From Vibrio vulnificus CMCP6 (GTDB lineage Bacteria; Pseudomonadota; Gammaproteobacteria; Enterobacterales; Vibrionaceae), in the NCBI RefSeq assembly GCF_000039765.1, contig NC_004459.3, positions 2,091,127-2,123,126 on the forward strand: a DNA stretch of 32,000 bases, read 5' to 3'. Numbering within the stretch: position 1 is the stretch's first letter; each line of letters opens with the position of its first letter. Made by a program: the position numbers and the translations under genes. This document shows, in pieces, positions 9,876 through 18,837 of the stretch. The notes under the pieces are model-generated. The model was given only the letters and a program-made list of their open reading frames with translations. It had not been told where the DNA came from and did no database searches.

Positions 9876-11337
9876 ATGACAAAATTAAAAATGATGCCGC
9901 TAGTGGCAATGATTTCTGCGGGGTTAGTCGGCTGTGGTGGCAGTAGTGGTGGTGGTGGTGGCCGGTGGTACTCCATCAACATCATATAGTTTTACGTTTG
10001 TAACGCCGGTAGAAAAGGATTTATCAGCCAATGGAAGCTGCACAGTTTTTGCTAAGTATCAGAAAAACTCGGTTGATAAAGTTCTTAATTATAATGTCGT
10101 TGGTACGTCATTAGATAATAAGATTATTGGCTTTTACTCGAACTCTGCTGGTGAACAACAAGGGGACTTGGTGAGCACCAAAAATGGTAAGCTATCCTTG
10201 GTATTGCAAAGTATTCCTGATGGCGGTTTTTTTACAGTGCAGGAGGCTAACGGTACAGTAATTAATGCAATTACGTTTTCTAAAGAGGTGTTGGCTTCTG
10301 ACGATTCGCTGAGAAATGTCTATTTGTCTGTTGAATCCATCGTCAATGATTCTACCTGCGTCACAGGTAATAACGATGCAATTATTACCAAGAGCTCGCT
10401 TCAATATTTGAATGCTGATGATGCGACGGGTAATCCGGATGTTACTTATTACTATGATTCACAAATTGAAACTGTTACGGGTACTAACCCACAGTTGACT
10501 GGTGGAAAAACGCTCAAAGCGATCTTTGGAGAACAAACGATGATCGCTCAATATAGAACAACGAACCGTAGTCAATTGTTCCAATATGGTTTTGAAGATT
10601 GGAATCAAGGCATGATGAAGTTTGCCGGGTCATCTTCTACTCCTTCAATTGGTTCTTCGTTGATCAACTTTAGTGACATCGAGATTTACTCTAATTACAA
10701 GTCGTTCCAATATCTTTTGTCTACGATCAGTAAGGGAAGTACTTTCTATCATCCAACAGCGACAAATGGCGATACTTGGTCATTTAAGGTAAATGGAACG
10801 ATCGCGACTGCAGGGTGGGATGCCACATATTTTGATGAAATAAGCTCGGCTTGGGAGCTTGTTGTAGATGATAATTCATTGTTTATGCTATCAAATACGA
10901 ACGATGCGAAACCTTCTGTGGCAAATCAAACCATCGATATTACCAGTAGTATCGGCTTGTCTAATGAAAATGGTTTACAGAGAATCAGCTACCAGCAAGG
11001 TGCTACATCTGGCTCTACTCCTTATGTATTAAGGCATACCTTGTATACACTAATTACACCTTCGTTGAGAGTACCGAATCTCAATTACGATAGCGTTCCA
11101 GCAAGTGTCGCTGATTATCTTGTTATTTCATCCACCTCTAACCTTACGCAAGACTATATGTTAGCGGAAGATCTTGATTCGTTATCTTTGAAAGAGTTTA
11201 TGACTCGTTTTGGTAATGGTGATGGGCTAGATACTTCTAAAGATGTCATGGGTATTGCAGCAAATCTGAAAGAAGTTCGTGCTGCTTACAATAATTCATC
11301 AACAACACGCTCATTGCTTTTAAGTAGAGATAATTAA
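9876..11337 (+). pseudogene. Poly-Gly lipoprotein of unknown function with an apparent +1-nt insertion after the poly-Gly tract (sequencing error or real frameshift)
   Basis: ATG at 9876 gives MTKLKMMPLVAMISAGLVGC|GGSSGGGGG then RWYSINII*, stop at 9987-9989. The long ORF continues in frame +1 from the same Gly tract (GGTPSTSYSFTFVTPVEKDL...) to 11337. Removing one C at 9962/9963 restores a single ORF. Confidence 0.75.
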
Positions 11338-11353
11338 CATTTTTGTATCTTAT

Positions 11354-11379
11354 AAAGCCTCCCCTTGGAGGCTTTTTTT
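11354..11379 (+). terminator. Rho-independent terminator after the lipoprotein gene
   Basis: AAAGCCTCC CCTT GGAGGCTTT followed by a T run. Confidence 0.85.
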
Positions 11380-11567
11380 ATGTCTTCTATGCATCGATAA
11401 AAGAATATATTGCTAAATTGTGAATATAAATCTACTTTTCGTTTTTAACTATGCCAAAAATGCAGGTTAATAATTTGTTGCAACTCAATTGATAGGATGC
11501 TAGTTTGTATCCATTCAAGGGGCCGGAGTGCCTTGGCAGTGACAAAAAACACAGGGAGTACAAGCGC

Positions 11568-12338
11568 ATGCATGACGTACCAGCGCTGGATATCAAACAA
11601 CTGCACAAAACGTTTGGTCAGAATGAAGTGCTAAAAGGCATTTCACTTGCTGCACACAAAGGGGACGTTATTTCCATCATTGGCTCTTCCGGCTCCGGTA
11701 AGAGTACCTTCCTTAGATGTATCAACTTACTAGAAACGCCCACCGCAGGTGAAATTTGGGTTAATGGCGAATTGATCCAGATGAAAAACAACCGTGCGGG
11801 TGAGGCGGTTCCAGCCAATGAAAAGCAAGTCCAGCGCATCCGTTCGCGCTTGGCGATGGTTTTTCAGGGCTTTAACCTCTGGTCTCACATGACGGTGCTA
11901 CAAAATGTGATTGAAGCGCCTGTTCATGTACTGGGTGTGCCCAAAGCCGAGGCGATCGAAAAAGCAGAAATGCTGCTGAAAAAAGTCGGCTTGTATGAGC
12001 GTAAAGATTACTACCCAGGTCACTTATCTGGAGGTCAGCAACAGCGTGCTGCGATTGCTCGCGCCCTTGCGGTTGACCCTGAAGTGATGCTGTTTGACGA
12101 GCCGACATCGGCGCTTGATCCAGAGTTGGTCGGTGAAGTGTTGGGGGTAATGCGAGATCTGGCAGATGAAGGCCGCACCATGTTAGTGGTGACGCATGAA
12201 ATGGCGTTTGCTCGTGATGTCTCTAACCACGTGATGTTCCTACATCAAGGATTGGTCGAAGAACAAGGCGCACCGTCAAAGTTGTTCACCAATCCTGATT
12301 CAGAGCGCTTAAAGCAGTTTATTTCATCGATTTATTAA
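11568..12338 (+). CDS. Polar amino-acid ABC transporter ATP-binding protein (HisP/ArtP/GlnQ-like)
   Basis: Walker A GSSGSGKST, signature LSGGQQQR, Walker B VMLFDEPTSALDP, and MAFARDVSNHVMFLHQG. Start chosen at MHDVPALDIKQLHKTFG. Confidence 0.93.
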   Translation: MHDVPALDIKQLHKTFGQNEVLKGISLAAHKGDVISIIGSSGSGKSTFLRCINLLETPTAGEIWVNGELIQMKNNRAGEAVPANEKQVQRIRSRLAMVFQGFNLWSHMTVLQNVIEAPVHVLGVPKAEAIEKAEMLLKKVGLYERKDYYPGHLSGGQQQRAAIARALAVDPEVMLFDEPTSALDPELVGEVLGVMRDLADEGRTMLVVTHEMAFARDVSNHVMFLHQGLVEEQGAPSKLFTNPDSERLKQFISSIY

Positions 12339-12362
12339 AAAGGTGATGGGTATTCTATCGTA

Positions 12363-12526
12363 CTAGAACCTAGAACCTAGAACCTAGAACCTAGAACCTA
12401 GAACCTAGAACCTAGAACCTAGAACCTAGAACCTAGAACCTAGAACCTAGAACCTAGAACCTAGAACCTAGAACCTAGAACCTAGAACCTAGAACCTAGA
12501 ACCTAGAACCTAGAACCTAGAACCTA
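12363..12526. repeat. Exact heptamer tandem array (CTAGAAC)x23.4
   Basis: 164 nt of uninterrupted 7-nt periodicity read directly from the sequence, 25 nt after the stop of the ATPase gene and 49 nt before the binding-protein start. Confidence 0.97.
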
Positions 12527-12575
12527 AAAACGAAACACAACATCGCAATACAAAAACAATCACAGGAGTATGGAT

Positions 12576-13346
12576 ATGAAGAAGTGGTTACTTGCAGCAA
12601 CATTGGCCGCAACCGCTGTGTCGGGCATCGCTCAGGCGAAGGAATGGAAAACGGTTCGCTTTGGCATTGAAGGGGCGTACCCTCCATTTAGTTGGACAGA
12701 AGCCGATGGTTCCCTAAAAGGCTTTGACGTCGATATGGCGAATGCCTTGTGTGAAGAGATGAAAGTGCAATGTAAGATCGTCGCGCAAGATTGGGACGGC
12801 ATTATCCCGTCACTATTGGCTCGTAAGTACGATGCAATCATTGCCGCTATGTCTATCACAGAAGAGCGCAAGCAAAAAGTCGATTTCACTGGTAAATACG
12901 CGCTGATCCCAAACAAATTCATCGCGAAGAAAGGCGCAGGCTTGAATTTTGACAAACTGAGCGGCGTAAAAATCGGTGTTCAACGCGCAACCACTCACGA
13001 CAAATACCTAACCGATAACTATGGCAAGAACGTTGATATCGTACGCTACGGTTCATTTGATGAAGCGTATCTTGACCTAGCCAATGGCCGTATCGCCGCG
13101 GTTTTGGGTGATGCTTCGGCATTGGAAGAAGGCGTGCTGAACAAAGCGGGTGGTGAAGGCTACGAGTTTGTTGGCCCATCACTAACGGATCCAAAATGGT
13201 TTGGTGAAGGTTTTGGTATTGCGGTTCGTAAGCAAGATAAAGATCTTACCAAGCAATTGGATGCCGCTATTCTATCTCTTCGTGAAAAAGGCATTTATCA
13301 GCAGATCGCAGCAAAATACTTCAAATACGACGTATATGGCGAGTAA
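12576..13346 (+). CDS. Polar amino-acid ABC transporter substrate-binding protein (HisJ/ArtJ-like)
   Basis: Signal peptide MKKWLLAATLAATAVSGIAQA and SBP family 3 segments (VRFGIEGAYPPFSW, GFDVDMANALCEEM). SD AGGAG at 12564-12568 favours the second ATG (12576) over 12570. Confidence 0.92.
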   Translation: MKKWLLAATLAATAVSGIAQAKEWKTVRFGIEGAYPPFSWTEADGSLKGFDVDMANALCEEMKVQCKIVAQDWDGIIPSLLARKYDAIIAAMSITEERKQKVDFTGKYALIPNKFIAKKGAGLNFDKLSGVKIGVQRATTHDKYLTDNYGKNVDIVRYGSFDEAYLDLANGRIAAVLGDASALEEGVLNKAGGEGYEFVGPSLTDPKWFGEGFGIAVRKQDKDLTKQLDAAILSLREKGIYQQIAAKYFKYDVYGE

Positions 13347-13364
13347 TCACTGTTGAACTCTCTC

Positions 13365-13405
13365 CCTAATTGCCGGTTCGTTCCTGGATGTACCCGGCAA
13401 TTAGG
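13365..13405. repeat. Perfect 12-bp inverted repeat in the intercistronic gap between binding-protein and permease genes
   Basis: CCTAATTGCCGG (13365-13376) / CCGGCAATTAGG (13394-13405), 17-nt loop, no U tract after it. Confidence 0.85.
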
Positions 13406-13425
13406 ATTCTAGATTCTAGGGATTA
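13405..13425. repeat. Three degenerate heptamers (GATTCTA GATTCTA GGGATTA) related to the reverse complement of the 12363-12526 array
   Basis: The reverse complement of the main array unit reads GGTTCTA, one base from GATTCTA. Period 7 is retained. Confidence 0.65.
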
Positions 13426-13436
13426 GGAACTGACCT

Positions 13437-14177
13437 ATGCTGGATTTACAAGGATATGAAGCCTCTATCTTTAAAGGGGCCGTGTTAACCATTGAAGTGG
13501 CATTACTTTCCCTTGTGCTCGCCATGTTACTTGGCATGTTGGGCGCGCTTGCCAAAATGGCGCCTTATCGTTGGGCGCGTGCTATCGCCACACTTTACAC
13601 CACCATCATCAGAGGGATTCCTGATCTTGTCTTGATGATGCTGATTTTCTTCGGTGGCCAGATTTTTCTTAACAACTCTCTCTATGCCGTCAATGAATGG
13701 CTCAACGAGTGGTTTACATCAAGTGATCCCACGCATGAATGGGTCTCCTACCTTCCTGACTATGTAGACGTGAGCCCTTTTATTGCCGGTGTTCTGACCA
13801 TAGGCTTTATCTTCGGCGCGTACATGGCGGAAACCTTCCGCGGTGCCATCATGGCGGTCGATAAGGGGGAGCTTGAGGCGGCAAAAGCGTACGGCATGAG
13901 CTCGGCGTTGGCGTTTCGCCGCATATTGCTGCCGCAAATGATTCGTCACGCGTTGCCTGGTTTTGGTAATAACTGGCTAGTGTTACTCAAAACGACCGCG
14001 TTAGTTTCCATCATCGGTTTAGAGGATATGGTTCGCGTCGGCGCTTTAGCCGCAGGATCAACCAAAATGCCATTTACCTTTTATATGGCGGTGGCGCTGA
14101 TTTTCCTCTTCTTTACCAGCGTTTCTACGGGCTGTTTGAAAGTCCTAGAACGTAAATTCAGCATTCATACGAGGTAG
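13437..14177 (+). CDS. Polar amino-acid ABC transporter permease (HisQ/ArtQ-like)
   Basis: 246 aa with GAYMAETFRGAIMAVDKGELEAAKAYGMSSALAFRRILLPQMIRHALPGFGNNWLVLLKTTALVSIIG (EAA loop). Confidence 0.92.
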   Translation: MLDLQGYEASIFKGAVLTIEVALLSLVLAMLLGMLGALAKMAPYRWARAIATLYTTIIRGIPDLVLMMLIFFGGQIFLNNSLYAVNEWLNEWFTSSDPTHEWVSYLPDYVDVSPFIAGVLTIGFIFGAYMAETFRGAIMAVDKGELEAAKAYGMSSALAFRRILLPQMIRHALPGFGNNWLVLLKTTALVSIIGLEDMVRVGALAAGSTKMPFTFYMAVALIFLFFTSVSTGCLKVLERKFSIHTR

Positions 14178-14861
14178 ATGATTATGGACTTTTCATTAAT
14201 CGTAGAAAGTTTTCCTATCTACCTTGATGGTTTATGGACAACCGCTTGGCTGGTGGCTGTGTCACTGGTGATTGGTTTAGGTATTGCCATACCGTTGGCA
14301 GTGGCAAGAAACAGCCGCAACTATGTGGTGAGTTTGCCTGCTTGGGGCTACATCTACTTTTTCCGTGGTACGCCGTTGTTGGTTCAGCTATATCTCATTT
14401 ACTACGGTATGGATCAGTTTTTCCCCGTGAAAGATACGCTTTGGGAAAATGCTTGGTTCTGCGCTTTGGTGGCGTTTGTTTTGAATACCTCTGCGTATAC
14501 CGCCGAAATCATTCGTGGCGCGATCAACGGTTTGCCAAAAGGGGAAGTGGAAGCGGCAAAAGCCTATGGCATGAGCCATTGGATGACATATCGCCGTATC
14601 GTGTTGCCAAGTGCGTTGCGCCGCGCGCTGCCTGCGTACAGTAATGAAGTGATTTTTATGCTTCACGGCAGTGCGGTCGCCGGTATTGTGACGATTATCG
14701 ATCTTACTGGTGCAGCTCGATTGGTCAACTCGCGTTACTACGCACCTTTCGAATCGTTTCTAACCGCGGGCCTATTCTACATGTCGCTGACGTTTTTGAT
14801 CCTTTGGGTCTTCAAAAATGCGGAGAAACGCTTCCTCGCATACCTCAGACCATTGAGCTAA
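14178..14861 (+). CDS. Polar amino-acid ABC transporter permease (HisM/ArtM-like)
   Basis: 227 aa with FRGTPLLVQLYLIYYG and AEIIRGAINGLPKGEVEAAKAYGMSHWMTYRRIVLPSALRRALPAYSNEVIFMLHGSA. It abuts the previous stop codon. Confidence 0.92.
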   Translation: MIMDFSLIVESFPIYLDGLWTTAWLVAVSLVIGLGIAIPLAVARNSRNYVVSLPAWGYIYFFRGTPLLVQLYLIYYGMDQFFPVKDTLWENAWFCALVAFVLNTSAYTAEIIRGAINGLPKGEVEAAKAYGMSHWMTYRRIVLPSALRRALPAYSNEVIFMLHGSAVAGIVTIIDLTGAARLVNSRYYAPFESFLTAGLFYMSLTFLILWVFKNAEKRFLAYLRPLS

Positions 14862-15008
14862 TTTAGATGGTTCAACAAACTTATGAACGGCACCTATAGG
14901 GTGCCGTTATGTTAGGTTAGTTCAAAATCAATCATCGCAATGAGCTCGTTGGTTGTTGTTCTGAAGTCATTAATTACACTAAGAAAAACAAAAAGAACGA
15001 GCGAGAAA

Positions 15009-17729
15009 ATGAACAAGATCTTTTATTCCAGCTTGCTGGCGCTTGCGGTGACCGCGTGCGGTGGTGGTAGTGGTGGCGGTGGTTCAACAGCACAAGTCAA
15101 AACGGATGTAGAGCGGGCGATTGAAAGCGGAAATGCCTTGCTGGTATCCGATCCAAATGAATTTATTCAAGCCAGTCAGCGTTATGTTGCGCAGACTCAA
15201 CAACGAAGCGATGCATTGTGGCAGCAATTAGCGGCGAACACGTCCTCTCTTCATTGGGACCCTACCCACGATGCCGCCATTCTTCAGTCCACCTACGGCT
15301 TTAACCAAGCGGTTTTACAGACAAACAAAGCAATGTCTGATGGATACAAAGACCAAGTATTGACGCTTGGTATTGCGGGAACAAGTTCATCTGGTCAGCG
15401 ATACGCGTTTTTAGGGAGCAACCCATTTCGCACGGCTCAACGTTTCCCGACATCCGTGAACAGTGACATGGAGATTTGGCTGGATAACCTGTTGGTCTGG
15501 CTAAATGGTGGCTCATTGAAGCAAGGGGCCAACGCGGTGATCGCGCAGATGGATCAATCGCATTATTTCCCCGATGAGCAAGCAACAAGAAATTGGTTAA
15601 GTAAACGATATGGCGAAGCGGTTAGCTTTAACGATGCCAACCAGTGTGATGGCGAAAAGCTGCTGGCGTGTGTCACGGCAAAGCCTGATTTGCTGATTTT
15701 ATCCCAGCATACGAACAGTGGGGATTCAGTGGCGACTGTCAAAAGTGCCGTTGAGAAAGCGCAGGCTGACGGTATTCCCATCCTTTATTTGCATTGGGAT
15801 GGAGGCATGACGGAGCTAGGTAACGCGTTGTTTGACCTTTTCCATGTCCGTTATGTCGGTGATAACTATTGGCGAAAATTGGGTATTAGCCAATGGAATG
15901 CCGTATCGCTTAAGGGCTCAATTCCTCAAAAGATTGTTGACCAACAAGCGTTGCTCACCCGTTTGGCCAATGACAGTTTCACTGTGGATCTTACGCAGTG
16001 CGATGATAAATCATGCCCAGAGAGTGCCAAGATGGACAGCGAGTTCTACCTTGCGGCAAACTCTATTCGCAACCATTTATTGTCTTTGGATCGAAGCCAA
16101 GTCGATCTGTTTAAAACCGCAGACTACCAATACGAGAAACTGATGGTGCTGCTGGCGGATCGTTATCGTCAGGATGTGGTGTTTCCGATGGATAAATCGA
16201 CCACCGCATCGCTTGAGTTCCTAAAATCCTATTTTGCCGATTATGTCCAATATCATTCTCGCTCGATCAACCCTAAACAGCCGAATATGGGTAATTTTAG
16301 CCGCAGTGAATTTGGTGCTGAGATCGCGCGGATCAGCAAAACGGTTCAGTTGGAATCGAAACGTAACTTCCGCTCTGCAGGCGTGTACGCCTTGCCTGGC
16401 GAAACGTTCCAAATCACGCGCCGTGATAACAGCGCGGTGAAGGTGTCGATTGCGATTAACTCACTCCGCAGTGGGGCAACCCACGAGTTTTCAACAAACG
16501 GTTATAGCCGCCCTAAACACCTCACCTCAACCACTTATGAGATTAAGAGCGGTGAAACGATTCGTTTGACCTCTGCTTACGGCGGGCCGATTCAAGTCCA
16601 TTTTGATACCAACGATCTCCCCGTTGAATTGCGGTTCACCAATGTGGCGCAACATCCCGTTTGGCGAAGTGCTGAGGATAATGAACCGTTTGCCGCGCAA
16701 CTGAATCAAGACCAATTTGATTGGGCAGAGCTGATCACTCCGGGATTTGAAGTCCACTCAAAACGCGACAAAATGCTGCAGTCGATCTCAGCAACAGAGT
16801 GGGCGGGAAGTGCTGCTGCCATGGCGCAGGCGACAGAGCGGTACATGCACAATTTCCCGCATGCGTTAGCAGGCTTTAAAGGTCCGGGGATTACGGTGTT
16901 TGAACAAGTGCAAACCTACGGTGAAAACAAAGGTTGGCAGGTGGAAACTATCGATATGGTGAAACACATGAATGCCGATCAAGCCACCTGTGGGTCTGGT
17001 TGCTCTGGCAATCCTTACGATGCCTATTGGGCATTTAGCCCTGTGGGTCATGGCGATTTGCATGAGCTTGGCCATGGGTTAGAAAAAGGCCGTTTTCGTT
17101 TTGCTGGTTGGGAAGGGCATTCCACCACCAACTATTACTCTTATTACAGCAAGTCTCAGTATTTTATAGACATAGATACAGGCAAGGAGTCTCAGTGCCA
17201 GTCTCTAGATTTTAAAGGACAGTATGAGCTGTTGCAGCAGAGCCGTCAGCAGGCGGATCCCAGTGCCTTTATGGCCGCACAAAATCAAACCGGTTGGAGT
17301 TGGGGGGCGCGCGTTTACATTCAGATGATGATGGCGACTCAGCAACAAGGCATCTTAAACGATGGCTGGCACCTATTGGGTCGCTTGCACTTGATAGAGC
17401 GGGAATTTAATCGCTTGAAAGGAAGTGCTGAGTTGTGGGACGCGAGGAAAGAGTCCATCGGTTTTAGCCAGTATTCGTTGGATGAAGCCAATGCGATTAG
17501 TAACAATGATTGGCTACTGGTCGCGCTGAGCTACATTACCGAGCGAGACATGCGGGCGTATCTCAATATGTGGGGGTTCACCTTCAGTGATAAAGCGAAG
17601 CAGCAAGTGATTACTCACAATCATCCTGCGATGCCACTGAACTACTTTGTCTCCTCCAACACCGGTTACTGTACAACTGACTTTGCGAAGCAATTTGTGC
17701 CAGTCGATGGTGTAACCTCTTGGCCGTAG
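15009..17729 (+). CDS. ImpA-family/M60-like zinc metalloprotease lipoprotein
   Basis: Start at MNKIFYSSLLALAVTAC|GGGSGGGGS (lipobox VTAC) rather than the track start at 14940. Zinc motif HELGH in FSPVGHGDLHELGHGLEKGRFRFAGWEGHSTTNYYSYY. Confidence 0.78.
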   Translation: MNKIFYSSLLALAVTACGGGSGGGGSTAQVKTDVERAIESGNALLVSDPNEFIQASQRYVAQTQQRSDALWQQLAANTSSLHWDPTHDAAILQSTYGFNQAVLQTNKAMSDGYKDQVLTLGIAGTSSSGQRYAFLGSNPFRTAQRFPTSVNSDMEIWLDNLLVWLNGGSLKQGANAVIAQMDQSHYFPDEQATRNWLSKRYGEAVSFNDANQCDGEKLLACVTAKPDLLILSQHTNSGDSVATVKSAVEKAQADGIPILYLHWDGGMTELGNALFDLFHVRYVGDNYWRKLGISQWNAVSLKGSIPQKIVDQQALLTRLANDSFTVDLTQCDDKSCPESAKMDSEFYLAANSIRNHLLSLDRSQVDLFKTADYQYEKLMVLLADRYRQDVVFPMDKSTTASLEFLKSYFADYVQYHSRSINPKQPNMGNFSRSEFGAEIARISKTVQLESKRNFRSAGVYALPGETFQITRRDNSAVKVSIAINSLRSGATHEFSTNGYSRPKHLTSTTYEIKSGETIRLTSAYGGPIQVHFDTNDLPVELRFTNVAQHPVWRSAEDNEPFAAQLNQDQFDWAELITPGFEVHSKRDKMLQSISATEWAGSAAAMAQATERYMHNFPHALAGFKGPGITVFEQVQTYGENKGWQVETIDMVKHMNADQATCGSGCSGNPYDAYWAFSPVGHGDLHELGHGLEKGRFRFAGWEGHSTTNYYSYYSKSQYFIDIDTGKESQCQSLDFKGQYELLQQSRQQADPSAFMAAQNQTGWSWGARVYIQMMMATQQQGILNDGWHLLGRLHLIEREFNRLKGSAELWDARKESIGFSQYSLDEANAISNNDWLLVALSYITERDMRAYLNMWGFTFSDKAKQQVITHNHPAMPLNYFVSSNTGYCTTDFAKQFVPVDGVTSWP

Positions 17730-17751
17730 AATTAGCCAGCAGTGAAAACCG

Positions 17752-17780
17752 TAGAGGAGCCTTAGCTCCTCTATGATTTT
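17752..17780 (+). terminator. Probable terminator between the convergent metalloprotease and xthA genes
   Basis: TAGAGGAGC CTTA GCTCCTCTA (9 bp) followed by TGATTTTA. Confidence 0.5.
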
Positions 17781-17815
17781 AAGTCGATTGCTTTATGTCG
17801 ATGAACGAATACGGG

Positions 17816-18622
17816 TTACTCAAAGGTTGCCCAAATAGGCGCGTGATCTGAAGGTTTTTCAATGCCGCGTAGCTCGTAATCGATATCGGATTCTCGGCAC
17901 TGGGCCGCTAACGATGGTGTAGCAAGAATCACATCAATGCGCAGGCCACGATTATCGTCAAAGCCTTTTGAACGGTAGTCAAACCACGAGAACTTATCAT
18001 CCACACTTGGATGCAATTTGCGGAACGTATCTTCTAACCCCCAATCCAGTAAGGTTTGTAACCACTCACGCTCCTCAGGCTGGAACGAACATTTGCCCGT
18101 TTTTAACCAGCGTTTGCGGTTCACTTCACCAATACCGATGTCGGCGTCGATCGGGCTGATATTGATGTCACCCATCACAACCACTTGCTCACCGTTGTCT
18201 CTGTGAGTGGTTAGGTACCCCATCAGATCTTTGTAAAACTGGCGTTTATAAGGGAACTTGGTTTCGTGCGCAATGTTGTCCCCTTGCGGAAAATAGCCGT
18301 TCAACACCGTCACTTTTTCACCCTTCTCATCAAGAAAAGTCCCGATGATCATGCGCTTCTGATGTTCGTCATTATCGGTTGGGAACCCTTTTTGGATTTC
18401 GATTGGCTCTTGTTTACACAGCAGAGCCACGCCGTAATGCGCTTTTTGCCCGTGGAAATAGACTTTATAGCCCATCGCTTCGACGTCTTCGACAGGAAAG
18501 GCTTCGTCGTGGACTTTGATTTCTTGCAGACCAATAACATCAGGTTGATGTTTGTCGATCAATGCTTGCAGTTGATGAAGGCGAGCTCGTAACCCATTGA
18601 TGTTGAAGCTGACGATTTTCAT
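17816..18622 (-). CDS. xthA: Exodeoxyribonuclease III
   Basis: 268 aa: [69 protein letters not shown]. Confidence 0.95.
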   Translation of the reverse strand: MKIVSFNINGLRARLHQLQALIDKHQPDVIGLQEIKVHDEAFPVEDVEAMGYKVYFHGQKAHYGVALLCKQEPIEIQKGFPTDNDEHQKRMIIGTFLDEKGEKVTVLNGYFPQGDNIAHETKFPYKRQFYKDLMGYLTTHRDNGEQVVVMGDINISPIDADIGIGEVNRKRWLKTGKCSFQPEEREWLQTLLDWGLEDTFRKLHPSVDDKFSWFDYRSKGFDDNRGLRIDVILATPSLAAQCRESDIDYELRGIEKPSDHAPIWATFE

Positions 18623-18837
18623 TCTTTATCCTGATTCGTGTTGTTTGACTTGATGTTACCACTCAACTCAATGACTTCAAGAAGAGATAAGTAATCACAG
18701 CGATTGATCACATTGATGGTTCGATAGTGTGCTACAACTTCGTAACATTTCTAATTGATATCGAGGTGAATTATGCTTTAATGGAAAGCAAATAAAACGA
18801 AAGTTTAGCTCTATTTGTTTGCGAATAAGGATGTACT

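Noticed and set aside
9948-9989. Programmed +1 ribosomal frameshift in the lipoprotein gene
   Set aside because: There is no recognisable slippery heptamer or stop-codon stimulator. A single inserted C (GGCC for GGC) is the simpler explanation, pending resequencing.
9934-11337. GTG start at 9934 giving an MVAVVVVVVAGG N-terminus as a genuine protein start
   Set aside because: This is the poly-Gly GGT tract read in the wrong frame. The real signal peptide is upstream in another frame, so the GTG start is an artefact of the frameshift.
11403-11434. ArgR boxes upstream of the ABC importer (two GAATAT-containing AT-rich segments)
   Set aside because: The second half-sites match poorly and the 19-nt spacing does not fit the usual tandem ARG-box arrangement. 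Too weak to call.
12363-12526. Heptamer array as a CRISPR array or telomere-like repeat
   Set aside because: There are no spacers, the unit is only 7 nt, no cas genes are nearby, and the position is inside an operon. The resemblance to eukaryotic TTTAGGG-type repeats is superficial.
14234-14644. 136-aa ORF overlapping the second ABC permease gene
   Set aside because: Fully contained in an alternate frame of a well-recognised permease.
14886-14908. AACGGCACC-TATAG-GGTGCCGTT hairpin as a confident terminator of the importer operon
   Set aside because: The stem is good but it is followed by ATGTTAGG rather than a U tract, so I did not list it as a terminator.
18266-18592. 108-aa plus-strand ORF antisense to xthA
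   Set aside because: Overlaps a conserved gene along its whole length and has no independent signals.
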